Part shown: piece after piece, positions 29,065-39,139 of the stretch
Position numbering within the stretch: position 1 is the stretch's first letter
How the letters are laid out: each line of letters starts with the position of its first letter
Assembly (NCBI GenBank): GCA_038887295.1
Contig: JAWAKW010000001.1
Location: 173,668 to 237,667, forward strand
Source: Candidatus Anstonellaceae archaeon
Lineage (GTDB): Archaea; Micrarchaeota; Micrarchaeia; Anstonellales; Anstonellaceae
Direction of reading: 5' to 3'
DNA: 64,000 bases
The notes under the pieces: model-generated
Told to the model about the DNA's origin: nothing
Databases searched by the model: none
Seen by the model: the letters and a program-made list of their open reading frames with translations, nothing else
Program-made: the position numbers and the translations under genes

Positions 29065-30258
29065 TCATTTTTCTTTGTGCGCAGGCAGGATTACAGTCAC
29101 TGTAGTTCCTTTCAGCACTTCTGACTCAGCAGAAATTGTGCCGCCGCTTGAAGCAACAATCTCCTTTACAAGCAACAGCCCAACGCCCACCCCTTTTTCT
29201 CCTGAAGTGCCTTTTGCAGATTCAACATTTCCATTCCCAAAAAGCAACGCCAAGGTTTCCTTAGTTATACCAACGCCATTGTCTATGATCTTCATTTTCA
29301 CCTTGCCATCCAGCTTTTCAGCCTCTATCCTTATTTTACCTTCATAATTTGAGAATTTGACTGAGTTGGAAAGTAGGTTTCGCAAAATGCAGGAAAGTAC
29401 TGCCGGGTCTGCATCAACCACCACATCCTTTGGAACCGCGTTTTCAAACTTTATTCTTTTTTCACCATTTGCGTATATTGCTATCCCTTCATCCACAATT
29501 TCTCTCAGAAGACGCCTTTCCCTTTGGTAATTTTCACTTTTTGCCTTATACCAAGAAATCATATCAGACAGTATCGCGTTCATTTCTTTCATCTGCTTGT
29601 GAATTGAGGAAGAAAATAGGCGAATAGTTTCTTCCTTCATCTCATCTATTTCCTCAGCCATCATCTCTGACATTCCAATAACCGCATTCATGAGGTTTTT
29701 CAAATCATGGCCAAGCACTCCTACTACAAGTTCAGAGGAAGCTGCCTCTGCTTTGAATTTTTCAGCAATTGCAGCAAGCTGAACAACCTTCTCATGAATC
29801 TGCGTAATTTCCACTATGAAAACTGCATAGTACCCTCCGTTGCTGCATTTTATTGGCTTTTTTTGCACCAAAAACTTTGCTTTTCCTTCCCTACAGGTTG
29901 AAAACCCTTTCACTTTTGCGTCTTCAAAGTCCACCAGCTTTTCATAAGAACTTGAATCTTCTTGCAAAAACTTTTCGGAAAATTCAGCAATTTTAGAGGC
30001 ACTCTTCAGCCCAAGCAACCGCAAGCACTCCTCGTTTGCGTATGCAAGCTTTCCATTTTCGTATATTTGAAGTGCTATTGGCAGCTGGTTCAACACTATC
30101 CATTTTTTTTGCAGGCTCTGCCCCATCACTTCGGCAGCAAAATAAAGCTTGGGATGGAGAAGCTTTTGGAAGAATTTGGAAAAGCCACCCTTTCTTTGTG
30201 CAGGGAGGTATTTTTGATAGTAATACTTTTCCACCTTTTCTACTTTACTTTGTATCAT
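29065..30258 (-). CDS. sensor histidine kinase (PAS-like, HisKA and HATPase_c domains), orphan
   Basis: The H-box VVGVLGHDLKNLMNAVIG and the ATPase N, G1 and G2 boxes (LRNLLSNSVKF, IIDNGVGI, GEKGVGVGL); no response regulator is adjacent. Confidence 0.8.
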   Translation of the reverse strand: MIQSKVEKVEKYYYQKYLPAQRKGGFSKFFQKLLHPKLYFAAEVMGQSLQKKWIVLNQLPIALQIYENGKLAYANEECLRLLGLKSASKIAEFSEKFLQEDSSSYEKLVDFEDAKVKGFSTCREGKAKFLVQKKPIKCSNGGYYAVFIVEITQIHEKVVQLAAIAEKFKAEAASSELVVGVLGHDLKNLMNAVIGMSEMMAEEIDEMKEETIRLFSSSIHKQMKEMNAILSDMISWYKAKSENYQRERRLLREIVDEGIAIYANGEKRIKFENAVPKDVVVDADPAVLSCILRNLLSNSVKFSNYEGKIRIEAEKLDGKVKMKIIDNGVGITKETLALLFGNGNVESAKGTSGEKGVGVGLLLVKEIVASSGGTISAESEVLKGTTVTVILPAHKEK

Positions 30259-30333
30259 TTAATCTGACTCCACAGTTCACTTTTCATTTTATGTTTATAA
30301 GTGTTCAAAAATGTTTATTATCCTTTTGCATTT

Positions 30334-31626
30334 TTAAGGTTTCAGTCTCACCCTGTCCCGCGGGAACACCACCGCCTCCCTTATGTTGCGCAGTCCGCAA
30401 ATTTTCATAGTGAGCCTATCTAAGCCAATTGACCATCCTGCATGAGGTGGCGCACCGCTTCTGAACGCATTTACATAAAACTCAAATGATGAAGGGGAAA
30501 GCCCGCGGCTTTTCAGCTGCTCAACCAGAATCTCTGCCTTATGTACTCTTTGCGCCCCAGAGGAGATTTCCAAACCCTCAAAGTTCAAGTCATATGCATA
30601 GCATATTTTCGGATTTTCTTCAGAAGGCATAGAGTAAAACGGCCGGATGGCGGATGGCCATTCGGTAATAAAATAGGTGGAATAGCCCAAAATTTCAGAA
30701 AGCTTCTCCTCTGTTGCGCGGCTGAAATCCTGCCCCCATTCAAACTCCACACCGCTATTTTGAAGCTTCTCCACAAGCTGGCTGTAAGTGTGGCGTGGAA
30801 TCGAGGAAGGAACCTTCAAGTCCCTCCCAAGCAAATCTAGTTCCTCTTGGCAGTCTTTTTTGACTTTTTCCAAAATGTAAAGCACTACCGACTCAAGCGC
30901 ATCCACTGCATCTTTATGGTCTGCAAACGCAATTTCAAGGTCCATCTGATAAGCTTCATTCAAATGAGTAAGAGTGTTGTGCTTTTCTGCCCTAAAGACA
31001 GGCACAGTCATATAGACTTTGTCCATCCCACCAATTATTGCAAGCTGCTTGTAAAGCTGGGGGGATTGGACCAAAAAGGCCTCCTTTTCAAAATACTGCA
31101 CTTTGAATAGGTCGGCACCACCTTCGGTTGCCGCCTCCACTATGGTTGGTGGGTGAAGCTCCACTGCTCCCATTTGCTGGCATTTCTCGCGGAAAGCCTG
31201 CGCAGCCCTGCTTCTTATCTTAAATATTGCCAATGTGGTCGGTCTTCTCAAATCTATATAGCGGTGGTCCAGCCTTACATCAAGCTCTGCACTCACCTGC
31301 CCAGTCACATCTATAGGCAGCTTGCCTTGTATTTGGTTGAGCACTGTTATGACAGAGGGAATTATCTCGCATCCTGCTTCTGCTATTTTGCTTTCAGTAA
31401 CTACCCCTTCAACGCACACTACGGTTTCTTTTGGAAGATCCATACGGGCCAAAACCTCTTGCGGCTCCCTGCCTGCCTTTGCAGTGATTTGGATTATCCC
31501 AGTGTGGTCGCGGACTTGCAAAAAGCGCAATTTACCCAAATTGCGGACCTCATGGACCCAACCTGCAATCTTTACATGCTTGCCTATGATTTTCTTTGCC
31601 TGAGCCACGAAATGAGTGCGAAACAT
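30334..31626 (-). CDS. aspS: aspartyl-tRNA synthetase (archaeal/eukaryotic type; asparaginyl-tRNA synthetase not excluded)
   Basis: Class II motifs: an N-terminal OB domain (VKIAGWVHEVRNLGKLRFLQVRD), FRAEKHNTLTHLNE and GLDRL. The start was trimmed to MFRTHF.... Confidence 0.8.
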   Translation of the reverse strand: MFRTHFVAQAKKIIGKHVKIAGWVHEVRNLGKLRFLQVRDHTGIIQITAKAGREPQEVLARMDLPKETVVCVEGVVTESKIAEAGCEIIPSVITVLNQIQGKLPIDVTGQVSAELDVRLDHRYIDLRRPTTLAIFKIRSRAAQAFREKCQQMGAVELHPPTIVEAATEGGADLFKVQYFEKEAFLVQSPQLYKQLAIIGGMDKVYMTVPVFRAEKHNTLTHLNEAYQMDLEIAFADHKDAVDALESVVLYILEKVKKDCQEELDLLGRDLKVPSSIPRHTYSQLVEKLQNSGVEFEWGQDFSRATEEKLSEILGYSTYFITEWPSAIRPFYSMPSEENPKICYAYDLNFEGLEISSGAQRVHKAEILVEQLKSRGLSPSSFEFYVNAFRSGAPPHAGWSIGLDRLTMKICGLRNIREAVVFPRDRVRLKP

Positions 31627-31667
31627 TGCATGCACCGCTTTGGATTTGTTGCGGCATTTTAATAAGT

Positions 31668-32165
31668 TTATTCGAACACAAGCTGCACTTCTTCCTCCAG
31701 AAGCTGGCAAAGCACCCTCTCAAGAGTTTGCAGGTCAATCGGAAGGCGTGGCAAGTCTTTTTTTGGCAGCCTCACTTTGGTGAACTCTCTGCCTTGGCTG
31801 AATACTCTGTTTATGCCAAGAAGGCGCACAGGAGAAATTATATCCGCAATCGTCTTTTTTACATTTCCTTGAGCCTCAGCAATCCTTACTTTTTTGCCAA
31901 GCGCAGCAGAAAGTTCACCGACAACTTTCCCATCCTTCCCTATCAACAACCCTACTTCTCCTTCAGTAAGAATGAGGACCACCTTGCCCAAATCCAACGC
32001 TTTGGTAAAGCTTGCATTAGTGATGTTGTGCCTCTCATTTATCTTGTAAAGGATTTGGGCTACCTCAAAATCAAGCTGGGTTATCTTTCCTGCCTGTAGC
32101 TTTTTTGTGCAAGATGAGCAAAGGTTTCCACTTATGGCATCTTGCTCACAGACAGGTGTTTTCAT
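31668..32165 (-). CDS. KH-domain RNA-binding protein (NusA/Dim2-like) with an N-terminal Cys cluster
   Basis: Two KH-like GxxG segments (IGKDGKVVGEL). Confidence 0.4.
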   Translation of the reverse strand: MKTPVCEQDAISGNLCSSCTKKLQAGKITQLDFEVAQILYKINERHNITNASFTKALDLGKVVLILTEGEVGLLIGKDGKVVGELSAALGKKVRIAEAQGNVKKTIADIISPVRLLGINRVFSQGREFTKVRLPKKDLPRLPIDLQTLERVLCQLLEEEVQLVFE

Positions 32166-32207
32166 CCTTCATCACCTGGCAGGTGATGGATACAGGTGAA
32201 GGATGAA

Positions 32208-32498
32208 TTACTTGGCCAATTTTATTTCTATTGCAGAAACCTTGCTTTTTGTGCCGTCTTCTGAGTCAAGCTCCTCTGTTTTGGTGAGGATGCTTGCTAT
32301 TTTCACGTCCGGCAAGAACCTGTTGCGGACTATTTCCGCAACATCTACCGCGTGGGAAATCAGCTTCCCTCGCGCTTTGATATAAACTTCCTTGGCTCCG
32401 CTGTTAAATTGCGTCACCACGGCAAGAACATATCCCATAGTGGATTTTTTCCCAATGTAAATGACATTGCTGTCTTTTTGTTGTGTTGTCTGCTCCAT
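32208..32498 (-). CDS. albA: DNA/RNA-binding protein Alba
   Basis: Strong match to Alba along its length ([52 protein letters not shown]). Confidence 0.85.
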   Translation of the reverse strand: MEQTTQQKDSNVIYIGKKSTMGYVLAVVTQFNSGAKEVYIKARGKLISHAVDVAEIVRNRFLPDVKIASILTKTEELDSEDGTKSKVSAIEIKLAK

Positions 32499-32511
32499 TC
32501 ATTCCACCTCG

Positions 32512-33390
32512 CTATCCTATTTTCCTTCCTTTCCTGTATTCCATCACCAATGCCTCAAGGTCGATTTTTTCTGCATCCACATTTAAAATCTGATTGCTTG
32601 CAGGTTTTTGTTCTTTTTGCTTTTCCTCTTTGCGAAGCATGCCTTCAAGCTGCCTTATGCGCAAAAGGGCAGCCTCCAGCCTGGCCTTAAGTTTCTGTAT
32701 TTCCCGGTCCCTCATCATTTTCTGCCTTGCTTCATTTTCAGCCATGCGCAGTCGCCTTTCAGCCTCACTTTTTTCGCTTTCAAGCCGCTCCACCATCAGC
32801 TTGAGGTTTGCATTCTGCCTTGCAAGCAGCGCAAAGCGAACCCTCAGCTCCTCCAAATTTACAGCCTGAATCTTTTTTTCAGGTGAAACAGAAGGTGCAG
32901 CCGCCTGCTCCTCTGCCGCAAGGACTTCCAAAAGCGCATCCTTTAGCCTGTATCCTTTCAACACCAAATGCTTGACAACCTCCTTATCTTTTCCTTCCAG
33001 GTCTTCAAGCGCATCTATCTGCCGCAGCTTGTTTGCATACGCCCTATGCGCCAAGACTGCTGCCACATAAGCATCCCGCTCATGCGCGCTTGAAATCTTC
33101 TGGAATCTCGCATAAGCCCTCTTTTCCTCCTCTCTTACTACTCTGTTGGGCAAAAAGAGGCGGCATGCAAAATAAGAGGCTATTTTCTGCGCAAGCTCGG
33201 GTGCCTCCCCAACATCGCAGGCGATTAGTGAGGGCGTGCCGTATCTTTGGATTGTGGCAACCAGGCTTCTACTTCCTCCGTCAAGCAGGCTGCCGCCACC
33301 AATTCTCCTCCCTCTCAAGTCCAATACCGCAAACCCAACTGTCGTGCCAGGGTCTATACCAACTATGATGTATTTTCTTTCAGTACGCAT
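32512..33390 (-). CDS. RNase H-fold (DUF460/COG2433-like) predicted nuclease with a C-terminal coiled coil
   Basis: The N-terminus YIIVGIDPGTTVGFAVLDL is typical of the YqgF/RuvC-like fold, and the C-terminal 120 aa are heptad-rich. Confidence 0.45.
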   Translation of the reverse strand: MRTERKYIIVGIDPGTTVGFAVLDLRGRRIGGGSLLDGGSRSLVATIQRYGTPSLIACDVGEAPELAQKIASYFACRLFLPNRVVREEEKRAYARFQKISSAHERDAYVAAVLAHRAYANKLRQIDALEDLEGKDKEVVKHLVLKGYRLKDALLEVLAAEEQAAAPSVSPEKKIQAVNLEELRVRFALLARQNANLKLMVERLESEKSEAERRLRMAENEARQKMMRDREIQKLKARLEAALLRIRQLEGMLRKEEKQKEQKPASNQILNVDAEKIDLEALVMEYRKGRKIG

Positions 33391-34630
33391 GGTTTTGCCC
33401 GATTTTTTTCTTTGATATTGCCTGGTGCAAAATCACATGTGTCTGCCTTTCCACATTCTCCTTGACCACTACCCCAGCATCAATCCAGCAGCCATCCCCT
33501 ATCATCCTCCCAGGCATCACTGCGCTTAGCACCCCCATTTTGGTGTTGTCCCCTATTATTGCGCCAAGCTTGGTGCGCCGAGTGTCTATCACCACATCAT
33601 TCACAAGCGCCTTGATGTTCCCTTCATCAAACCTAAAATTTGCAATCTGGGTTGCTGCCCCAAAATTGCAATTGGAGCCGATTATGGAGTCGCCGATATA
33701 GGTCAGATGCTTGGCATTCACTTTATCAAATATTATGCTATTTTTCACAGTGGTTGAATCCCCAATGTCGCAATCCCTGCCTATCGAGGTTGTGCCTCGA
33801 ACATAGGCGTGTGGGCCGATATGGGTGTTTTGCCCGATATACACATTCCCCTCTATTACAGACTCGCGTATCTCAGCGCCGCTTTCCATGTATACTTTCC
33901 CTTTGATAATTGAATTTTCGATTTTGCCTTTCTTTTCAGGGAGCTTTGAAAGCAAAAACTCATTTGCCGAAAAAAGCTGCCAAGGCATACCCATATCCAG
34001 CCAATAGTTTTCTATCTGCACTGCCTTTGCACCAACCAGCAAATCCACTATTTCGTATTCACCTCGTGGGGATTTTTTTATCTCATTGATTTTTTTGAAA
34101 ACGCTTGGCTCAAAAACATAAAGCGAGCAGTTTGCCAGGTTGCTTTTTGGATTTTGTACCTTTTCTTCAAACCCAGCAATCCTCCCATCCTTGACAACTG
34201 CAGTCCCATACTCTTGCGGCTCCTCCACTCTTTTGAGGGCTGCAGTAATTTCGCCTTCTGCTTCTTTAGCAAGCTTTTCAAGTGCAGCTGCTTCAGTGAT
34301 TATGTCGCCTGCCACCCCAAAAAAGACATCATCTGCAAACTCCTCGGCTTCACCAAAAGCCGCCGCAGTCCCATACTTTTCGCCTTGCTCTATGAAATGC
34401 AGCTTTAAAGAAGGAACAGGATTCTTCTCAAAATATTCAGTTATTGACTCCTTTTTGTATTTCACTACCACTGCCGCTTCCCTTACCCCCACCAAGGCAA
34501 GGTTCTCAAGCACATGCTGCAGGATTGGCTTTCCTGCAAGCTGTATCATGCATTTTGGGCGGGTGTAAGTTAGGGGGCGAAGCCTTTTCCCTTCGCCTGC
34601 AGCAAGCACCACTGCCTTCCTTATTGCCAT
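33380..34630 (-). CDS. bifunctional sugar-1-phosphate nucleotidyltransferase/acetyltransferase (GlmU-like)
   Basis: The NTP-transferase N-terminus (AVVLAAGEGKRLRPLTYTRPKCM) plus left-handed beta-helix hexapeptide repeats at the C-terminus. Confidence 0.8.
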   Translation of the reverse strand: MAIRKAVVLAAGEGKRLRPLTYTRPKCMIQLAGKPILQHVLENLALVGVREAAVVVKYKKESITEYFEKNPVPSLKLHFIEQGEKYGTAAAFGEAEEFADDVFFGVAGDIITEAAALEKLAKEAEGEITAALKRVEEPQEYGTAVVKDGRIAGFEEKVQNPKSNLANCSLYVFEPSVFKKINEIKKSPRGEYEIVDLLVGAKAVQIENYWLDMGMPWQLFSANEFLLSKLPEKKGKIENSIIKGKVYMESGAEIRESVIEGNVYIGQNTHIGPHAYVRGTTSIGRDCDIGDSTTVKNSIIFDKVNAKHLTYIGDSIIGSNCNFGAATQIANFRFDEGNIKALVNDVVIDTRRTKLGAIIGDNTKMGVLSAVMPGRMIGDGCWIDAGVVVKENVERQTHVILHQAISKKKIGQNHAY

Positions 34631-34889
34631 GTTATTGCGTTGAAGCGATTAGTTTATTAAAATGCTCTTGCAGGACTTCAAAAAAGCTGATGTTTGGCAA
34701 GCGTGGATGTTTTAAAGGAGGTAAAAGTAGCAGTCAAGCTTCTAACTAAAAATTACCAAAAAGTTGCGCTCCCAATACTTCTGCCCCTTCTGTATTCAAC
34801 GTGCGGCCTTCTTGAACAGCTTCTAGAAGAACTGAGAGAAGAAGTTGCTTTTTCTACTAATCATGCATCCAGCTTTTGTTTTTTATGCG

Positions 34890-35045
34890 CTAGAATTTGA
34901 AATGCTTGCGGCGCAGATGCTTGTTGAATAGTTTCGCGCCTTTGCTTTCTTGATTAGGCAGTCTGCCCATCACTTCAACATATGCGAAATTGTTTTTCGG
35001 GTTGCCATAATTAGAATCTGAAGACTTTGGAGCAAATCCACCCAT
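34890..35045 (-). CDS. small basic protein (51 aa), hypothetical
   Basis: Manually found ORF MGGFAPKSSDSNYGNPKNNFAYVEVMGRLPNQESKGAKLFNKHLRRKHFKF that starts 6 nt after the upstream gene's stop; it is below the ORF-track size cut-off. Confidence 0.25.
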   Translation of the reverse strand: MGGFAPKSSDSNYGNPKNNFAYVEVMGRLPNQESKGAKLFNKHLRRKHFKF

Positions 35046-35051
35046 GAAAAA

Positions 35052-36386
35052 TTAGCTTCTATGTATTTCTTCCAGGATAATTTTTTCTGCCCTCTGCACC
35101 ACTTCATGAAGCCTTTTTTGGGTTTTTGCCTCGCATGTAAGCCTTATTGCAGGCTCGGTTCCAGAAGGCCTAATAAGCACCCACCCATCCTCAAAATCAT
35201 ACCGCAGGCCATCCACACATGACATTTTACCTTCAAATGCAGGCCTTTCAAGGATTTTTTGCATGATTTCCTCCTTTTTTTCTGGGCTGCATTTGTATTT
35301 TCTCCTTTCCATTGGGTAAGTTTTTATCTGTCTTGCGGCCTCTGAAAATCTTCCTAGTTTTGCAAACATCTCTGCAATCATCACCGCTGTCATCAGTCCA
35401 TCTGCACAAGGAAGTGCATCCGGAAAAATGTACTCTCCACAAGGCTCCCCTCCGAACACTGCTCCCTCGTTGAGGACTGCCTCAGCAACATTCAAGCTCC
35501 CCACTGGCGTGATGATTATTTTTGCACCTAGGCTTTCTGCTGCCTGGCGCACTGCAAGCGAGGCTTCAACCGTGGTAACTATTTTTGGCTGGGTCTTGCC
35601 TGATTTAGAGATGAAGTATTTGCAAAATAGCGCAAGCTGCACGTCAAGTGCAAGCACTTTCCCATCTTCGCAAATTGCAATTGCCCTGTCACCGTCGCCG
35701 TCAAAAGCAATACCAAAGTCGCACCCCCACGCAACCACTCTTTCAGAAGCTTCTTTAAGCGTAGATAGATTTGGCTCCAAATTTCTCGTGAAATTGCCGG
35801 GCTTTTCGCAATTCAGGCACATTACTTGGCAGCCAAGCTCAGAAAATAGTTTTGGGGCAATAAGGTATGCTGCCGCATTCCCGCAGTCCAAAAGCACCTT
35901 TGGCCTTTTTTTTGCAATTGCCTGCACATCCACTTTAGACAGGATGAAAGAGAGGTAATCAGCAGAGTAGTCTGCAGAGGCAAGCTGGCCTACCTCTTTC
36001 CAATCCACCACTTTCGGAGCCTCGTTGTAAGCCTTCTTTATTTCCTCCTCATGCTTTTTGCTGAACTCCATGCCACTCAAAAACAGCTTTATCCCGTTGT
36101 ATTCGGGTGGATTGTGTGAAGCAGTAATCATTGCACCTGCACACTTTTCCTTCCATGTTGCATAGGCAAGCAAGGGCGTAGGGCCCACTCCAGCATCTAT
36201 CACGCTGCAGCCTGCCTGCATTGCCCCTGCTGCAAGCTGGTTTGCAAGTATGGGCGAAGTTGGGCGGGTATCCTTGCAGATTACCACCTTGCTACTTATG
36301 CTTTTTAGGGCATTTCCAACTTTGTAGGCAAGCTGGGGGGTTATTTCACTGCCGTACACGCCCCTTATTCCGGATGTTCCGAACAT
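35052..36386 (-). CDS. phosphoglucosamine/phosphomannomutase
   Basis: The N-terminus MFGTSGIRG and the active-site TASHNP motif. Confidence 0.85.
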   Translation of the reverse strand: MFGTSGIRGVYGSEITPQLAYKVGNALKSISSKVVICKDTRPTSPILANQLAAGAMQAGCSVIDAGVGPTPLLAYATWKEKCAGAMITASHNPPEYNGIKLFLSGMEFSKKHEEEIKKAYNEAPKVVDWKEVGQLASADYSADYLSFILSKVDVQAIAKKRPKVLLDCGNAAAYLIAPKLFSELGCQVMCLNCEKPGNFTRNLEPNLSTLKEASERVVAWGCDFGIAFDGDGDRAIAICEDGKVLALDVQLALFCKYFISKSGKTQPKIVTTVEASLAVRQAAESLGAKIIITPVGSLNVAEAVLNEGAVFGGEPCGEYIFPDALPCADGLMTAVMIAEMFAKLGRFSEAARQIKTYPMERRKYKCSPEKKEEIMQKILERPAFEGKMSCVDGLRYDFEDGWVLIRPSGTEPAIRLTCEAKTQKRLHEVVQRAEKIILEEIHRS

Positions 36387-36606
36387 GGCTTTGTTGTTGG
36401 AAATTAGATTTTTAAATTTCAGCTATGCCATCTATTCGTATGAGTGTGGATAGGATAACCATAAGCAGCCCGCAGTCTTCTGCAGGGATATTGGGCATCA
36501 CCCCCAACACCAACCTTGGAGGAATAAAGTTCAACCCAAGGGCAGTGGTGCTTTTTGCAGTCGCATTCATCCTGCTTGTAAAAATCGCTGAGCTTATTTT
36601 GCGCCC

Positions 36607-37713
36607 CTAAAGTTTGGAAAAAAGCGCCTCAGCCTCTTTTGCAACCTTGTTTGTGTGTTGCTTGGGGCAAATTACAAGCGCCTCCAGCCTCTGTATTTTT
36701 TCAAGAGATGCAACCAGCTGGGAGCATCCAGCCAAAGGTACAAGCCCAACAGAGCTTTTCACATTTATCGAGGAGCCAAGCTTGATGCTCGGAAAATCCA
36801 GCAGCACCTCGCAGCCGCAAGCAGAAGAAAGCCGCTCCTCAAGCTCCTGCTGCATGCCTGCCAAATCTAGACGCTGCGTTCCGAACGCTTTCTTGTAAAG
36901 CCTTCTTTTCATTATGCTTTCTGCATATTTCCTGCTTCCTTTTATTTGCAAAAGGGCCTGAAGCATCTGCGCATCAGTCATTTCTAATGCAGCCTTTGGC
37001 TCCAGTCCTCCCTCCTTTATGGCTGCGCTTATCCCCTGTTGCAGCATCCTGCTTGCAATCCTTACGGTTTTGTGCAAATACACAGTGAAAAACATGATAT
37101 ACCTTGCAACAAGCAAGGATTCTGCAGCCTCCAAACCCCTCTCCTGTAGCACCAGCTGCTTACCTGAAAACTCCAAGCAGCTTGTAATTCTGTCTGCATC
37201 TATTACGCCATATGCTACGCCGGTGTAATGCGAATCCCTCAGCAAATAATCCATCCTGTCTGCGCCGATATCCGAGCTTATTATCTTTCCAAGTGGCTGG
37301 TCGCACAAAGATGCAATCTTTTTTGGCTGGAACTGCTCACCTATTATGTCTGCAATCTCGCTTTTTTGTACTATCCTTTTTCCAATTTCCTCGTGCGTGC
37401 CTATGTGCTTTGCAAGCACGTATTCTGCCTCGTGCGAAAAGCACACATGGCCAATGTCATGAAGTAGGGCAGCAAGGCGGACCATCTGCGTTTTTTCCTC
37501 CTCCAGCCCAAGTTCCTTGCAAATACGGTCTGCCAACGCAAGAGTCCCTATTGAGTGTTCAAACCTGGTATGGTTTGCACCAGGATAAACCAAATATGCT
37601 GCGGCAAGCTGCCTTATGCCGCGAAGCCTCTGCATATGCCAGCTATCCAGCACCTCTTCCTCAAGAGAAGTCAGTGAAACATTCCCATGCAGCGCATCCC
37701 TTATCTTCACCAT
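36607..37713 (-). CDS. HD-domain phosphohydrolase (dNTP triphosphohydrolase-like)
   Basis: HD motifs (RFEHSIGT ... LLHDIGH). Confidence 0.65.
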   Translation of the reverse strand: MVKIRDALHGNVSLTSLEEEVLDSWHMQRLRGIRQLAAAYLVYPGANHTRFEHSIGTLALADRICKELGLEEEKTQMVRLAALLHDIGHVCFSHEAEYVLAKHIGTHEEIGKRIVQKSEIADIIGEQFQPKKIASLCDQPLGKIISSDIGADRMDYLLRDSHYTGVAYGVIDADRITSCLEFSGKQLVLQERGLEAAESLLVARYIMFFTVYLHKTVRIASRMLQQGISAAIKEGGLEPKAALEMTDAQMLQALLQIKGSRKYAESIMKRRLYKKAFGTQRLDLAGMQQELEERLSSACGCEVLLDFPSIKLGSSINVKSSVGLVPLAGCSQLVASLEKIQRLEALVICPKQHTNKVAKEAEALFSKL

Positions 37714-37717
37714 CCCA

Positions 37718-38539
37718 TCAAGCCTTGCTGTATTTGCCTTTTTGCTTTTCCATCACTTCTCCATCCTCACACAGATGCACAAGTATGCACCTGCAAGCAT
37801 CTGCCGGCAGGCCAATTTCGGCTGACACTTCTTCCGCACTTTTTTCGTTTTTTGATAAGGCAAGGAGAGCTTTCTTTTCCCATGACTGGTAAAACTGCCT
37901 GCTTATAAAGTAGAATTTTTTGTCAAATGAGCGTGTGCCTCTTATCTGGCCGCTTTTCATCTGCTCTGCATAATTGTTTGCCAAGGCGCGCGCTTGCGCT
38001 TCCTCCTCCACCACCACCCAGCCGTGCTTTTCAAAATGCTGTGCAGGTGTCAAGGCTTCCTTTGGCTGCGGCTGCTGGTCCTTTACTGCATTGAATGCCG
38101 CCTCTGCAACCGAATAGACTCCTTCTGGATACCTTTGATCCTTGAAGATATGCACTATCTTTTTTTCCATCAGGCCTGAAAGCACCTTTTGCTCCTGGGC
38201 AGTCAGCACCTTGCCAATCTCCTTCGGAGTCCTTTTTTCAAACCTGACATTCAAAAGCTTGCGCAAAACCTCTTTTTCCTGCTCAGAAAATGCCGCCGCA
38301 CTTGCAGGCTTGCCCTTGTTTTCTATGAATCCCTTTGCCAGCAGCAAATATGCCCCCTCCTTGAGAGGAAAAAGTTCAAACTCACTATATGAGGAAAATT
38401 CAGGCGGCAAGCTTCCTGAAATTGCAAACCCTTCTTTGGTTTTGCTTATCTTGATTTCCAAAAAACCTACCTCAGCGCACCAGTTTTTTGCGGACCACTT
38501 TCCCCGCAGGCTTTTCCTCACAGAAAATTTCAGCTTCAA
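37718..38539 (-). CDS. hypothetical protein with a C-terminal winged-helix-like domain
   Basis: 273-aa ORF. Its 5' end overlaps the 3' end of the upstream AMMECR1 gene by 68 nt, so the true start may lie further in. Confidence 0.35.
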   Translation of the reverse strand: MKLKFSVRKSLRGKWSAKNWCAEVGFLEIKISKTKEGFAISGSLPPEFSSYSEFELFPLKEGAYLLLAKGFIENKGKPASAAAFSEQEKEVLRKLLNVRFEKRTPKEIGKVLTAQEQKVLSGLMEKKIVHIFKDQRYPEGVYSVAEAAFNAVKDQQPQPKEALTPAQHFEKHGWVVVEEEAQARALANNYAEQMKSGQIRGTRSFDKKFYFISRQFYQSWEKKALLALSKNEKSAEEVSAEIGLPADACRCILVHLCEDGEVMEKQKGKYSKA

Positions 38540-39104
38540 ACCTTTTTATCTTGGCAGAGGGTGACATCCACATGTCAGGCGGAAGGCCTGCCTTTTGGCA
38601 CAAGTGCGAAAGGAACTCCTTTTCATTCCAGTTCCACTCCACAGGAACCTGTGGAAGCAAAAGCCCAGAGGCATACCCATATTCAATGATAAGGCCGTCT
38701 CTTCCAATCTTTATCTTGCTTGGGTATTCGGATGGAGAGCGCACCTTTATCTCCTGAGGCACAGTAAGCACACTTACCTCCACTGTGCATTTTTCAAACT
38801 CGTGCTTTTCAACAGGAGCAAATCGCGGGTCATCAAATGCGGCAGAAAGAGCGCAGTCAACCACCGCAAGCCCAAGCTCCTTTATAGGCAAAGGATACCC
38901 TATGCACCCTCTCAATTCTTTGGAAGGGTATTCTTCCAACGTCACAAATACTCCCATTTTTTCTGCCAGCACGCCATCTGTTTTTTCAGGCGAAATCTTC
39001 TTTCCGGTTTCCAAATAAGCCTCTATTGCCTTCCTTGCAAGCCTCACAAGATAGGTGCCATCCTCAAGCGAGATTACCATCCCAACACCAATATGTTCTT
39101 TCAT
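38472..39104 (-). CDS. AMMECR1-domain protein
   Basis: The conserved LRGCIGY motif and overall AMMECR1 length. Confidence 0.65.
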   Translation of the reverse strand: MKEHIGVGMVISLEDGTYLVRLARKAIEAYLETGKKISPEKTDGVLAEKMGVFVTLEEYPSKELRGCIGYPLPIKELGLAVVDCALSAAFDDPRFAPVEKHEFEKCTVEVSVLTVPQEIKVRSPSEYPSKIKIGRDGLIIEYGYASGLLLPQVPVEWNWNEKEFLSHLCQKAGLPPDMWMSPSAKIKRFEAEIFCEEKPAGKVVRKKLVR

Positions 39105-39139
39105 GCTTAATTTTTAAATGAGCAGTGCACTATTTTTGC

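Noticed and set aside
34631-34890. The apparently empty ~260-bp stretch upstream of the GlmU-like gene as a possible ncRNA gene
   Set aside because: No tRNA-like, C/D-box (RUGAUGA...CUGA) or other recognisable RNA motif was found. It is more simply a promoter or intergenic region.
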